Source: Eledone cirrhosa
Taxonomy: Eukaryota
DNA: 64,000 nt
Assembly: GCA_964016885.1 (NCBI GenBank)
Contig: CAXHJY010001750.1
Coordinates: 124,001-188,000 of the forward strand
Direction: 5' to 3'
The translations under genes and the position numbers were made by a program. This document shows, piece by piece, positions 1 through 15,994 of this stretch. How positions within the stretch are numbered: the stretch's first letter is position 1; each line of letters starts with the position of its first letter. The notes beneath the pieces are model-generated. The model was given only the letters and a program-made list of their open reading frames with translations. It was not told the origin of the DNA and made no database searches.

Positions 1-1739
1 GTGGCCTGCCAGTCGGCATAGATTGATAGATAGTTAACCTTTTTGATACAAACTCGCCCCAAAAAAGCCTCTGGTTCTATGAAACAAAGCCACCCATTTT
101 GAAAGATTCATATTTAAATTAACAGCTCCCTCCCCTCAACATATCTGACATAAGAAACTTTTGTTAATCCTTTAGCATTTACACTACTCTGTATTTACTA
201 TTGTATTTTCACAGTAAACACTTTATCTCACATAACATCAAACCTACAAGATTTTGATATTAATTTTGAGAACAATACCTTAACATAAATATAAGCAGCC
301 ACTTATAGCCAGTTTGAACAGAAAAAGATGAGAGAATTCTGGCTAGACATGGCCGGTTTAAATACTAAATACCCTCTACATAATTCTCTCTAACATTTAA
401 CAAGATCAGCAATTTGTGGAGAGAGGAAGTCAGTTGTATTTTACTGGTACTTTTTATCGATACCAGAAAGATCAAAAATAAAATTGATCTCAGAGGGATT
501 TGAACAACCAAATCTGTCATTTTAATAATGAAATAATTTATAATTTTAGTAAATCCGCCCAGCTTCATTAACAAATTCAAATGCAGTATAGTTCACTAGA
601 AATACGGTAATGAAAGGGTTAAATTAACAAGCCAAATTTGAAACAGTAGCCTTTTATTCCTATACACTGAGAAACATGCTGCTTTAATAGACACTAAGGG
701 GTGTCCCACTCCTAATGGTCTAACAGTAGATTGAACACCAAGTCCCTATGTAGTATAACTGGGTGGGTGGTCTAGGAGATGACAACTCTGAGCATAAGCA
801 CCCCACTACCTTTGAGTGCCTGTGTGTAGAGGCAAAGGCTAATGGAGTCAACCCCAAGAGTGAATAAGGTCAGAAGAGAAATCGGGCCCCACCAACCATA
901 TGCATCACCAAGAGAATATGAAGGCACAAAATATAATTAGAAGAGAGGATATATTCAGATCTTAAGAAATTTTCATATGCCTGAGTTTGGTAAAATATCT
1001 TTCTGTTAATGCTATTGTAGCTGGAATTGTCAACAATATTCTTAAACTAACACTAACATTTGAAAATATCTCACAATGTTTGTAATTAGATACTTAACAT
1101 CCTGTAATGATTTAGCCAGGTTTGTTAATTCAAATGTTTACAGTATCTTTATTGGTAGAGAAATCATTGTGAAAATGTTCAGAATTAGAGTAAATTTTAA
1201 TTGTTTCTACTTTTGGCACAAGGCCAGCAATTATCCAGTGCATTACTGGTACTTTATTTTATCGACCCCGTAAGGATGAAAGGCAAAGTTAACCTCGGCG
1301 GGATTTGAACTCAAACCATAAAGGGGCGTAACTCTTTGCTGCAAAGCATAGCGTCAGACCCTCTACCGATACTGCCAATCCAGTAAATTTTAATGTGATG
1401 AAGTCAGAACTGTTTTGTTTAGTTATGTCATTGCTTGTTTAAACCAGCTGTATCTGGCCAGAGTTCTCTTACCTCTTTCTGTTCAAACCAGTTGTAACCG
1501 GCTGCTCATACTGATGTTAAGGGATTGTCCTCAAAACAAATAACATCAACATCTCATAGATTCAATATTATGTGAGATAAAGCCTTTACCATGAAAATGC
1601 TGCAGTACATATAGAGTAATGTAAATGCTAAAGGGTTAAAGCATAATTTTTAACTCTACAAAATACTTCAGCAATGCTGATATAGTCATTGCCTCCATCT
1701 CTCCCCATCTCTTACTATTATAAGAAAATAGGGACCCAT

Positions 1740-1840
1740 GTTCTGGCCGCCCAGCGGACAGAATAGAGAAGGCATTTCCCCAAAGGACGGTGAGGGATAC
1801 GCTCTGGAAAAGCTATTCCAGCTCGTGAGGCTCATACCTG
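1740..1840 (-). mobile_element. CRE-clade fragment (third copy)
   Basis: EPHELE*LFQSVSLTVLWGNAFSILSAG. Confidence 0.55.
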
Positions 1841-2759
1841 CAGGTAGCCAACTCTGTGTTCTTTACAAAACTATCTTGCTAATAATGCAGTTTCATGTGA
1901 TGCTGTACATTAAACCCCTTAGCATTTAAACCAGCCATATCCGGCCATAATTCTTTCACTTCTTTCTATTCAAACCAGCTGTTCATACTTATTTTAAGGT
2001 ATTGTTCCCAAAATAAATAATATCAAAATCTCATAGATTCAATATTATGTGAGATAAAGCGTTAACCGTGAAAATACAATAGTAAATATAGAGTAATGTA
2101 AGTGCTAAAGGGCTAAGAGTAAATAAATTTAGCACTTGTTAAGGTTTCAATACTGTTTTTTCTAAAATGTAGTAAATGCTGCATTTCTCTTGTAAAATCT
2201 TCACCATTAATGTCAGTAGGAGATTGATTTGCTAAGTCTTTCGTTATTTTTTTCTAACTTACTTTCAGACAATGTACGATATCTCCACAAGAAAAAATTT
2301 TTAGACAACCGCCTAACATTAATCTTGCAATAACATTATCAATCAAAACATAAAACACAGATTTTCTTAAGTAGACCACTTCTGGCATTTCACCAAGTTG
2401 GCATCAGATGTGTCATTGTACACTCTTTTCTTTCGACTCATGCCTCCACAGCCCATTGAAGACTTTGATTTCCATTCCAAAACATGCAGGTGTCTATATA
2501 TAAATTGCTGCGTTTCTGTCACAACACGTAAAGAGAGAGAGTTTGACTACCTTGTACTACTCCTCTCTCTTTGTCTGCTGCTTGCATGAATGTATGTGTT
2601 TGTTTGTGTGAATGTATTTGTAAGTGTGTCTGTGTTTGCGCGTTTATATTTATATACTCATACATATAAATGTATGTATATACACACTGCACATACACAC
2701 CCATACACACATACGTGTCAGGGTATGGAAAAAAACTGCATTTAAGTATGAAATGTGTA

Positions 2760-2975
2760 TGAAGGGAACTACAAATGGAAAGGATATTGAGCTGGATCTT
2801 GGGAATAGTTTGAAGATGGACTAAGTGAAAATATTTTGTTACCTTGAAGATATATTGAACAGAGAGGGTGTGTTAGTTTCTGCAAAAGTAGCTAGAGTGA
2901 GATGTGCAAGGAAGAAGTTTTTGGAACTGAGTAGTGAGCTAATGAGGCAGGGAGTGTTGCTGAAACTGCAGAGAG
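2760..2975 (+). mobile_element. RTE LINE fragment
   Basis: FCYLEDIL..EG....AKVARVRCARKKFLEL. Confidence 0.55.
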
Positions 2976-5900
2976 AAGTATCATTAAGTCCCAGTTTCAA
3001 TCTCACTGCATGCCATCTTGGGCCAATGTCAACCCATGCCTTGTGATTGAAATTGGGTAGATGGAAACTGTCTGAAAACTGTCAGATGAACTGTACCTGT
3101 AATTCAAAGAGTCAGCCTTGTCATGCTCTGTGCCATGCTGAATCTCCCTGAGAATTACATTACAATTTACAACTGGGTCTCATTTGGTGATTTGGAAAAT
3201 AACATCTATCAAAACTCAAAGATGTCACAAGCTCTCTTATTGAGATGTCATAACCAGAGACTCTGGTATCAATGTCCAGCATCTTGGTAATGTAATGGAT
3301 GACAGACCTACGTGGTTTGGAAACCAACATCTGTTAAAAGTCAAACAGTTCGCAAGCTCTCCTATCCAGAGACGCTGGTGTTTATGTCCAGGATCTACAC
3401 AATGCAATACACGACAGACCTATGTGGAGATCTATCGTTGAAACGATTTCAGCTGAGACCGCAAGATGCTACATGACTTTAACCATCATTGCACCACCAA
3501 CTACAACTCCCAAAACCAACCAACATGGGAGCCACTACAACATGCTAACAATAGTTTCACAGTCACCCTCAAATCATACCCCACTGTCTTAGAAAAAACA
3601 CTTTGGATAATGTGGTCTAGGTTCTTCCTACATAGGAAAAAAATTGGATGTTTCCAACTGGAATGTATTTCACCAAAAGTCTATTTGATCAGGATTAACC
3701 TGGGGCTAAACAGCAACAACAACACTGACCACTATGCCTCTCTATAAGAATTTAATCAGGTTACAAGTGTAATAAAAGTTTTTGTGGGGCCAACACCACC
3801 ACCACCACCAGTTTCCCTGCAAGTCAAAATTTTACAAGTTTAATAGGGGAAAAAAGGAGAAATTAGACAAGAGAGCAATATCGTCCTTGAGACTAAGAGA
3901 TTTCAAGTAGATGACGATGGTGGTGGTGGTGGTGGTTTATAACAAGACATGCTGTTGGGGTCTTAAGAGAGGGGCTGACTAGACAGATAGATAAGAAGAG
4001 GGGCAGAGTGAGTGAGATAGAAATACACAGAGAGAGTGTGTGAGGGTAGTCACAGAAAATTGGGTGTGGTGAGATTCTGAGAGGGACAGAGTACAAAAAA
4101 AGAAAAGGATGGGAAGGAAAGAAGTATTAGATAAGGAGGATAGATGTAAAAGGTGTGGCACTCTGGAAGGTTATATATATATATCATTACTGTTTAACAT
4201 CCTATTTTTCCACACTTGATGGGTTAGACAGGTCGTCCACGTTATGAGACAGTTTCGCCAGTTGGCTGAGCCATACCTTGCTCAAACGGAACTGTATTTT
4301 GGCTGAGTTTTTTTACAGCTGGATGCCCTTCTTAACACCAACCACGTTTACAGTGTCGGACTGTACAGATCAGATGACCATGTTTTGCTCATACGGAACT
4401 GATTCTGCTTTGGTTTCTATGGTTGGATGCCTTTCCTAATGCCAACTTCATTTACAGTGTGTACTGGGGGGCTTTTTATCATGGCGCCAAAACAACATTA
4501 CAGAGTGGGTTGGACGTTTTTATTATCTTTTTAAGTATGGTGTGTGTATTATATATATCATCATCATCATCAGCATGTTGTATAAATTTTCCATGCTTGC
4601 ATGGGTTAGATGAGGTGTGACCATGTCTTGCTTGTATGCTTCATTTTGGCTTGGTTCCAACGGCTGGATAACCTCCTTAATGCCAACCACTTTACAGCAT
4701 GCACTGTGAATATTTTATCATGATTGACATTACCACCTTATAGGGTGGACTGGATGCTTTTTGTTTTTCATGGCACCAACACACATAAATACATATGTAT
4801 AATTATATATGTATGTATGTGTGTGTATATATATAGAGAGAGAGGGGGGGGGGGGAGTTAAAAAACAGAGGAGTGCAAAAGAATCAGGAAGTGAAGTATG
4901 GCAAAAACACACAAGAGAAACTAGAAAATTTAAATAGACAATCTAATTAATAATTATATATATATGTATATCAATAAACACACCCTCTAAAGTGGTTGGT
5001 GATAAGAGGGGTGAACAGACTCTTCAGTACTGTGAAAGATATGATGACCTCCCTATTGCTGGTGTGATTGCATGGCATTCCTCATTCTGAATAGTGTGGG
5101 AACATAAGTAAGCGAGAGGGGTCCTGAGAGATCAGTCGTTCCAAGTTTTCAATTAAGTACTGACTTCATATGTGACTACCCATCCAACCCTTCTTAGTAT
5201 CCGGCTGTATCCGGCCAGAATTCTCTCGCCTCTTTCTGTTCAAACCGGCCGTAATTTGCTACTCATACTTATGTTAAGGTATTGTTCTCAAAATAAATAA
5301 TATCAAAAGCTCATAGATTCAATATTATGTGAGATAAAGCCTTTGACGCGAAAATATAATAGTAAATATAGAGTAATGTAAATGCTAAAGGGTTAAACCA
5401 TCCAACCAGAAAGTACAAAAGCTGTGTCACTGCCCTTGGTAAGATTTGAACACACAGTTGGATGTAATGTGCACAACATGACATGCCAGCACACACAACA
5501 AATATTTAACATCAACAATAGCAATGTAATGACAATAAGGTGTGAGTAGGTTACTATAGTTACATAACTATTTAATAATAGGTTAAACATTACAAAAGGC
5601 TGTGTCAGATGTATAAAACAACTTCGGGTAAAGAGGACTCTTGAGTCTTATTCAGGACATGACAAACTCACTAGTGCTAATGCCACAATAAAATGTACCA
5701 AGAACACTCTGTAAAATGATTAGAGTTAGTCATGGCATCCAGCTATAAAAGGCATGCCAAATATAGTTGAAAGGACTCTTTAGTCTGGTTGAGGACATGG
5801 CAACCTCTCTGGGGTGGGTACAATGATAAAATGCACTTAATACACTATGTAAGTGATTGGCAAGGAAGGGATTGCAGCCATAGAAATGATGTCATTATTT

Positions 5901-6069
5901 CATATTTTCATAGCGGTGGATTGGCAGAGTTTCGGACACCATGCTTCATGACATAGAGTTATGTCCATTTACCTGCTGAGGTTAGCTTTGCCTTTCATCC
6001 TTACGAGGTCGATAAAATAAAGTATCAGTAACGCACTGGGGTTGATTTAATCGACTTTCCCTTCTTCTT

Positions 6070-6305
6070 TCTTCTATGCCCACATATTCCTAAGAAGGTC
6101 ATGGAGGCAGAATCGTCAAACATTCCTTCCAGCGGGTGCTATCAGAAGTAACTGTCTCCAACTGATCCGGCTGGGTCCCCAAGCGAGACCAGACAAGCTC
6201 ATGGATGTTATTCAACCATCTTGCTCAAGGTCTGCGCGTGGGCCTCTTACCGGTTGGTTTCGCCAGTAAAATCCATCCAGCAATTCTTTCCTGAGACACT
6301 CTGAT
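6070..6305 (-). mobile_element. RTE-like LINE 3' fragment nested in a SINE (~5912-6345)
   Basis: ILLAKPTGKRPTRRP..RWLNNI..LVWSRLG; SINE halves on both sides. Confidence 0.6.
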
Positions 6306-6432
6306 CCTCAAAAATTCTTGGCCTTGTGCCTAATTCAGAAACCATTATTTCATATTCTCTCTTGTTGAAACATGTGCAAGACTAATAAAATGTCTTAAAT
6401 TTCTTCAGCATTCTTGTGTGAATGTGTCTGCC

Positions 6433-6465
<33 letters not shown>

Positions 6466-6813
6466 CTGTGTGTGTTTTACTGTTGCTTCATTAGATATAT
6501 ATATATATGTGTGTGTATATATATATATATATATTTGTGTGTGTGTATATATATATATATTTGTGTGTGTGTGTATATATATATATTTGTGTGTATATAT
6601 ATATATATTTGTGTGTGTGTGTATATATATATATTTGTGTGTATATATATATATATTTGTGTGTATATATATATATATATTACAAATGCACATACATTCA
6701 CACATTACACATAACACACTAGATAGATATAGTGTGTATGTACATGTAAACCTATGTGTGTGTGTAATGTTTCCTTACCCAACCCTACTCAACAACAAAA
6801 TACAATTACCCAT

Positions 6814-7031
6814 TTAACCCTTTAGCATTTAAACCATCCAGAATTCTCTGACCCCTTTCTGTTCAAACCAGCCATTACCACCCACTCATACTTATGTTAA
6901 GGTATTGTTCTCAAAATAAATAATATCAAATTCTTGTAGATTCGATATTATGTGAGATATTTATGTGAGATAAAGCCTATACCATGAAAATAAAATAGTA
7001 AATATAGAGTAATGTAAATGCTAAAGGGTTC
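6814..7031. mobile_element. piggyBac-like MITE (~210 bp); family copies also at ~163-370, 1430-1640, 1911-2116, 5190-5397, 29820-30035, 33656-33885, 38213-38601
   Basis: TIR CCCTTTAGCATTT...AAATGCTAAAGGG flanked by TTAA in the best copies; shared internal sequence. Confidence 0.75.
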
Positions 7032-7120
7032 ACTTAAAACCACAACAGAGTAACACTTTGAATCAAACACCTTTCTAAATATATATATATAATATATATA
7101 TATATATGTATATATATATA

Positions 7121-7197
<77 letters not shown>

Positions 7198-7199
<2 letters not shown>

Positions 7200-7442
7200 G
7201 GTGTCACGACAAAAAAAACACACAGTCCACGCTGTAAATGTGGCCGTGTAGGCAACACGGTAAAAACCTCCCAGCCCCACACTGTAAATGTGGTTGGTGT
7301 TAGGAAGGGCATCCAGCTGTAGAAAACCCGCCAGACAGTCCTATGCGAGCAAGACAACCACTCTTGCCTCAAGTGGGAAAACTCCCGTCCAAACCCATGC
7401 AAGCGTGGAACAGAGACGTTAAACGATGATGATGATGATGAT
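7198..7442 (+). mobile_element. Young ~245-bp RTE-tailed SINE-like repeat; near-identical copies at ~30547-30787 (-), ~39850-40095 (-), partial at 35682-35795 (+)
   Basis: The same spurious [18 protein letters not shown] appears in three places; (GAT)n tail. Confidence 0.75.
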
Positions 7443-8252
7443 TATATATATATATATATATGGCTATGTGGTGAGCGTCTTGGCGTTACACCTATGCACT
7501 CACAGAATCATCAGACATCTGATGTTTCTGTAAGTACACAGTTGAAATCCAGAGTAACAAGACTCACCACTTCACCATCATAAAGAATATTCAAAATCTA
7601 CTTCAGTATTGAGTACTCACATTCATCAAGAACATAGGGATACATTTATATATTGAAAAAGAAATAGTTTAATGCATTCTCACATTCAAATCTTATGTCT
7701 CATTGAGTGATTTGTGGGCTGGCCAGGGTTATAAAGATTACTATTCCAATAATTTTGTTAATATTATATATATATATATTTGCATTGCTTTATTGTGCTA
7801 CAATAAAACTCACCTCCTACACATATATATATATATATATATAATCATCATCCTTTAATGTCCATTTTTCCAAGCTAGCATGGGATAGGTGAGTTGTCCT
7901 GTTGTGAGAAATGCGAGGTTAGGTGAACATGTCTTGCTCATACAGAACTGATTCTGGCTTGGTTTCTACAGCTGGATGCCCTTCTTAACACCAGCCATAT
8001 TTTCAGTAAGTACTGAGTGCTTTTTGTCATGTCACCATCACGACCACTTTATATGGTGTGGACTGGAGGCATATATATATGCACACAGAGAGAGAGAGAG
8101 AGAGGGGGAGCCAGTGCTAAGACCGTGGTTTTTATATCTCTCTCTCTCTTACATCTATATATACACACACACACACATATATATATATATATGCATTCAT
8201 GGCATATTTAAGTAATTTATACACAATGCAGTGTCTTATGTTATTCTGGTAT

Positions 8253-8283
<31 letters not shown>

Positions 8284-8686
8284 GCACACACACATTACTA
8301 GAACAATAAGAGACTGCAAGTGTGAGGTACCAAAAGTTCACCTTCAGTGTATATAAATTAATATATGCCATGTAACAACAAGGTGTGTGTATGTGTGTTG
8401 TGATGTCATGCTGACTCCTTGAAAAGATAAGCTTAATGTCTTGTATATCTCAGTGCCTTGTTACATTACAGATAGACTAGGTGCAGCTGGACGCAGTAAG
8501 TATTGCTGGTGTCTTGTTATCTTAGAAGATTTGGCAACATAAGTGACATAACTAAAATTGTTTGAGGAGTCCTGCTTTTATACGACAGAAAAAAATACTT
8601 GACTGACTGCAGCTGGTTTGAACACGTAACCACATGTACTGGTTGCAGTGGCAGCATCACAACTTCACTATCATTGCATGTGTGTG

Positions 8687-8722
<36 letters not shown>

Positions 8723-8730
<8 letters not shown>

Positions 8731-8830
8731 TTCTCCAAAAAATGTATACACACTTCAACAGCAATCAAATAAATATTGCATGTATACAGGTAATCAAAGT
8801 GTGTATACATTTTGGGGGGACACCCTGTAT
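8723..8830. mobile_element. Tc1/mariner-type MITE
   Basis: ~30-bp TIRs (ta)cagggtgtcccccaaaatgtatacacactt, TA flanks. Confidence 0.7.
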
Positions 8831-10254
8831 ATAGATAACTAATAATATATTTCTTCATTGTACTGTGTCGTTTGCTTTGTTATTTCTGTTTACCTTTTAC
8901 ACATATATATACACACACGTATAGATATATATGCATACATATATACACACACATGCATATATGTAAGTATATACATAAGTATAGACATCTGTACATAATT
9001 CTATGCACTTTTGATGAATCGTAGTGCACCTGGGCACTGTACACAACAATTTCATTATTATTATATACATACACATTCACATTAACGATAAGAATCCCAG
9101 GTGTTTGATCAACTCAACTGTATTAGAGGTGGATGAATATTCCGCAACCACCTGTTATCCTTGGGCAGATTTAGCGTGAGAATGCTAGGCATTTTAAAAT
9201 AAAAGCACAGCCAGTCCTTCCTGTGAAACTCCACAGTTGCCCCGTCATCTTAATTTACAAGGCTCGGGTCGACCAGTGCCTATGTTAAACAGGCAGGGGG
9301 CAATGGTGAAACGCTGTGGGATCAGACCCAAGATATTCTGATGCGAAGCGAACTTCTTAACCGCTCGGTCATGCCTTCTTCTCCCGTACATACATATATA
9401 CTACATACACCTGATACGATTAAGAGACGATCTATGCAGGTAACTACTAGTAATTGTGTTTTTGGCGGAATAGACCAATGAAACGGAACTACGGTAAACC
9501 GGAAAGATGACGATAATAAAAATTGTGTTTAACAAGGCCAGCAATTGGTAGGGAAAGGAACAATCATTGAAATCGACTCCAATACTTAACTGATAATTAT
9601 TTTTATTGATCTCTCAGAAAGATGAAAGGTAAATTTGACCTAAGCGGGATTTGAACCTAGAACATAAAGAGCCGTGACTATATACTGCAATTCCGACAAC
9701 AATAATGATAATAATAATTTCTACTTTTGGCACAAGGCAAGCAATTTGAATGGAAAGAGAAAGTGGATCAAATCGACACCAGTACGTTACTGGTTCTTTA
9801 TTTTATCGACCCCGTAAGGAAGAAAGACAAAGTTGACCAGGACAGGATTAGAATTCAGAGCATCAAGAGAGAGTCGTTAACTGAATAACTGCTATTCCGA
9901 CGATCTAACAATTACGACGACAACAACAACAACAGCAGCAATAATAATAATGATGATGTTGAAAGTGAGAAGCTAGTATTTGAAACACGTCATTTCACAG
10001 ACACACGTTGGCAACCGACGTGTCCACCATTAAAGTTGGTAGTGAAACAGACAAGTGCTTTCTTTCATACCTTCTAGTGAAAGAGACATATTTACATACG
10101 ATATATATATATATATATATATACACATACAATATATACATATATATATACACATACAATATATACATACAATATATACATATGATATATATGTACATAT
10201 ATATATTTACGATATATATATACACACATCTCTATGATACACACACACACATAT

Positions 10255-11725
10255 AATCTACGATATATATACACACACACACATATATATATCGTAGATA
10301 TATATATATATCGTAGATATATATATATATATCGTAGATATATATATATATATCGTAGATATATATATATATATCGTAGATATATATATATATATATCGT
10401 AGATATATATATATATATATCGTAGATATATATATATATACATATATACTTATATATATACATATATACTTATATATATACATCTACGATATATATATAC
10501 ATCTACGATATATATATACATCTACGATATATATATACATATACATCTACGATATATATATACATATACATCTACGATATATATATATACATATATATAT
10601 ATCTACGATATATATATATACATATATATATATCTACGATATATATATATACATATATATATATATACATATATATATATCTACGATATATATATATACA
10701 TATATATATATCTACGATATATATATATACATATATATATATCTACGATATATATATATACATATATATATATCTACGATATATATCTACGATATATATA
10801 TATACATATATATATATCTACGATATATATATATACATATATATATATCTACGATATATATATATACATATATATATATCTACGATATATATACATATAT
10901 ATATATCTACGATATATATATATACATATATATATATCTACGATATATATATATACATATATATATATCTACGATATATATATATACATATATATATATC
11001 TACGATATATATATATACATATATATATATCTACGATATATATATATACATATATATATATATCTACGATATATATATATACATATATATATATACATAT
11101 ATATATATATCTACGATATATATATATACATATATATATATATCTACGATATATATATATACATATATATATATATACATATATATATACATATATATAT
11201 ATATACATATATATATATCTACGATATATATATATACATATATATATATCTACGATATATATATATACATATATATATATCTACGATATATATATATACA
11301 TATATATATATCTACGATATATATATATACATATATATATATACGATATATATAGATATATATATATATATATCTACGATATATATATATATATATACGA
11401 TATATATATATATACGATATATATAGATATACATATATATATATATATCTACGATATATATATATATATATATACATATATATCTACGATATATATATAT
11501 ATATATATATACATATATATCTACGATATATATATATATACATATATATCTACGATATATATATATATATACATATATATCTACGATATATATATATATA
11601 TACATATATATCTACGATATATATATATACATCTACGATATATATATATATACATATCTACGATATATATATATATATACATATATATATATCTACGATA
11701 TATATATATATACATATCTACGATA

Positions 11726-11756
<31 letters not shown>

Positions 11757-12170
11757 CTACGATATATATATATATACATATATATATATCTACGATATAT
11801 ATATCTACGATATATATATATATACATATATATATATCTACGATATATATATATATACATATATATATATCTACGATATATATATATATACATATATATA
11901 TATCTACGATATATATATATATACATATATATATATCTACGATATATACATATATATATATCTACGATATATATATATATATACATATATATATATCTAC
12001 GATATATATATATATATACATATATATCTACGATATATATATATATACATATATATATCTACGATATATATATATATACATATATATATCTACGATATAT
12101 ATATATATACATATATATATCTACGATATATATATATATACATATATATATCTACGATATATATATACAT
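10255..12170. repeat. TCTACGA-(TA)n-CA-(TA)n satellite
   Basis: Dozens of units carrying the CTACGA spacer. Confidence 0.95.
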
Positions 12171-12611
12171 ACACACGACGTATATATATAGAGAATAAGA
12201 GAGGGGATGTAAGAGATAGAGACAGATGGAATAAGAGAGATAGATAGAAAGAGATCTTATGGGGACTGACTCAATAGAGATTTGTCAATCGCTCACACAT
12301 TACATAACAATACTAATATAAATGTCCCGTAAGCAAGGCAACGTTCAGCAAGTCATTTTTAAATGGTGTCTTAAAGAATCTATGCGTGTGAATGAGACAG
12401 ACAATATGCCTAAAAACGCTATAATTCACGATCAAACATGAAGAAAATACCATGGCTTATATATATATATAAATATATATATAGACATACATACACACAT
12501 ATATACATATGTGTGACCATCTGAATAGCCATCACATTTAAGCGTGAATAACTGTTTTAACATTATATGTATATAATATACGAAAACAACATGGCCCTTC
12601 AAATGTGTGTG

Positions 12612-12655
<44 letters not shown>

Positions 12656-12748
12656 AACACCCTAACTAGTAAAGCACATCTATATATCTACCAAACTACC
12701 TCATTGTATTAATATATATATGTATATACAAAAGCAAAATAGCTCTTC

Positions 12749-12791
<43 letters not shown>

Positions 12792-13722
12792 GACGACATG
12801 ATATGTTGGTTTAAGATTAACCAACATGTCTGTCTGTCCCTTGCCACCAACGGTTGCTAAAGACGGATTTGATGGCCAGGGACAGACAATCTGACGGTAG
12901 TCAAACACAACATCCATTCCTCACACACGAGCTAATGATACTTTCTCAAATACATACATAGATGTGTATGTGTCTATATAAATATATATATATATATACA
13001 TAAACACACACAAATTTAAGGTATCAAAACAAATCAATTATGTTTGATATTTGTGCTTCTCAATAGAAAAGCTCTCTCTCTCTAAATATATATACATATA
13101 TATATTGGGATGCACCCAATGCACTCTGCAATGTGTGTGTGTATGAAACGTTTCGCTTAGGCGAAATCTCCTTCCACACTTCCATAGGGTAGAGAGGGTT
13201 CTTCAGTCGAATCAATGGCTGTCAACTTCCCTAGTCCTGGTGCCACAATAAAACACTCAGTGCAATCAGTAAAGTGGTTTGGGTTAAGAAGGGCTTCCAG
13301 TCATAGACTCCATGCCAAAAATGGTTGAGAGAAACTTTCAGTCACAGTACAACTACCCTTCTAGTGTTGTTGCCATGAATATTACACCCATTACACCATT
13401 TAAAGTTGTTGGTGATATGAAGTGCATCCAGCTGTAGAAGCCATGCCAAAAAGAAGATGAGAAGATGTTTCAGCTGTATCAATGGTATGACAACCTCTCT
13501 AGTCTTGGTACTATGATAAATTCCATCCAGTACAATCTCTAATGTGGTTGTGATACACAAATAGATAGACAGATATCACTATCATCATCATCGATTTATG
13601 TCCACTTTTCCAAGCTGGCATGGGTTGAATGAGATGTTTTAAGACAATGTTTTACAGCCAGATGCCCTACCTGACACCAACCCTTTAATCGACTCTTACA
13701 ACATAGTGACATGGTGTATCTA

Positions 13723-13768
<46 letters not shown>

Positions 13769-13964
13769 TTAGTGAAGGCTCGTGCCTGAGTGGTTAGAGA
13801 ATTGAGCAAGGCACTTTATTTCACGTTGCTCCATCTGCCTGGAGTTGCGACCGACATAGTATTAGCAAATGGAAAGACCAATGGAAAGATTGTTTCCTTG
13901 GTCCAATTTGACGACCTTTATCCCACTCGTTAAGTGAATAAGGTGTGGGATATATACATTTTTT

Positions 13965-14680
13965 TCCTATGCTTACATCCTGCCTCCACATGTTGCATTC
14001 CTTAGCCATTTCCTCAATCAGGTTCAGCATTTTGAGATCAGCTATCACAACCTCTGCTCAGGTCTTTCTCTACTGTTGCTTCCTTCCACTGAAATCTCTT
14101 AGCACTTCTGATCCATACACATCAGATGTCTATACCAGCACAATCTTCTTCCTTGCACAATACATTTTTTTCCTTTTAAGCCGAGATCTTCTCTCAGTTC
14201 ATACTAACATTACACATCTAATAGAGCATGCTTGATTCATTAAATTTCAGCCTTTACATATCCTCTGCATCCACTATTTATGTGTCACTACCATGCAGTA
14301 ACACTCTTCACATACAAGCACCATCACTTAGAGAGAAACGGTTTGTCGTCAACACGAGTAGTAACTCCAGGAACCGATGCCGAATTTACCATTGTGCTTC
14401 AGTGTGCTATGGTACAGGGCCCCGTTGGCCAAGAGGAGGGGGGCATCTTCCTGCTAAAAAAAATCTTTACCTCCTTCCAGGCTCAAGGGGCCTCATAACT
14501 TCACTAGCATAGGGCCTCATTATCCTAAATCTGGCAATGCCAGGAACCTTTTCCATAAAGTTCTCAGTCTAGCTGATATGCTTTCAGAGCAATCTCTTTC
14601 CACTTCTAATTAGGCCACCAAGGTAACAGAAGCTATCAAGTACTTCTATGTTAACTTCCACAAATTGGAAAAGGTTTATT
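13965..14680 (-). mobile_element. RTE LINE C-terminal fragment, interrupted by a hAT MITE
   Basis: IEVLDSFCYLG, W..FLELLLVLT, ADLKMLNL.EEMAK...WR. Confidence 0.65.
14375..14539. mobile_element. hAT-type MITE inserted in an RTE LINE fragment
   Basis: 8-bp TSD CCAGGAAC at 14367-74 and 14540-47; imperfect TIRs cgatgccgaattta / taaatctggcaatg. Confidence 0.7.
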
Positions 14681-14885
14681 ATATATATGATATGTGTGTG
14701 TGCGTGTGATTATTTTTCTGAAGAGCCCTGAACAAACAATCGCTTTGCTGGAATATCGTGGCTATGTTGTAAGAAAATGAATAAACAATTTATTTACTGT
14801 TATAAATCTTGAGTCCTTCCTCCATTGAGGACAACTAAGATCACTAGATCTTAACCATATATATATATACACATATACACACACA

Positions 14886-14932
<47 letters not shown>

Positions 14933-15494
14933 ATTCTTTTATTTGTTTTATTCATTACACTGCGGTTAAGCTGGAATACAGCCTTGATTCAGTCGATCAT
15001 ATCCACCACAATACTTATTTTATCGATCTTTTTTGTCAAACTGCTAAGTTAGGTTACACAAACCTAAGTATAGACACATATATACACACGACGGACTTCT
15101 GCTTATTCCCACTCATTCGTTATTGGTCAACTCGAGGCTATAATAGAAGACACTTGCCCAAGGTACCGCTCAGTGGACTTAAACACAGAACCATATATAT
15201 ATATAAACAAAAGAATGAGTGAATGAAAGTTACAAGCCGTTAAAACATATATATATATATATATATATATACGCACACACATACATAATGGCTCTGTAGA
15301 CACAAATATACATATATTTAGCGAGAAATAAATACACACACACTCCGATTCTTGTCACATTGCGTTTTTTCTATTTTCATTTTTGTTGTTTTTCTAGTGT
15401 AATTCTATCCCCAATACTTGCCTGTCTCATCTACATATCCATACGTAACATGTAGATGACACAACTAGATGTAGACATACAGCCAGCATAGTCT

Positions 15495-15994
15495 ATATGA
15501 TATACACACATTCATATATATATGTATATGATATACACGCATTCATATATATATATGTATATGATATACACACATTCATATATATATGTATATGATATAC
15601 ACACATTCATATATATATGTATATGATATACACACATTCATATATATATATATATATACACATACACACATTCATATATATATATATATATATACACATA
15701 CACACATTCATATATATATGTATATATATACACACATTCATATATATATATATATACATACACACATTTATATATATATATATATATATATACATACACA
15801 CATTTATATATATATATATACATACACACATTTATATATATATATATACATACACACATTTATATATATATATATACATACACACATTTATATATATATA
15901 TAAAACATACACACATTTATATATATATATATATACATACAATTATATATATATATATACACATACAATTATATATATATATATACATACACAC

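Noticed and set aside
2261-2313. Minus-strand segment with ag...gtaagt boundaries (candidate GRB2 exon)
   Set aside because: No frame matches the expected GRB2 exon 2 sequence
13140-13212. Minus-strand CUGAAGA...GAAACGUU resembling a hammerhead
   Set aside because: Stem II does not close and stem I is only 2 bp; the CUGAAGA belongs to a neighbouring repeat
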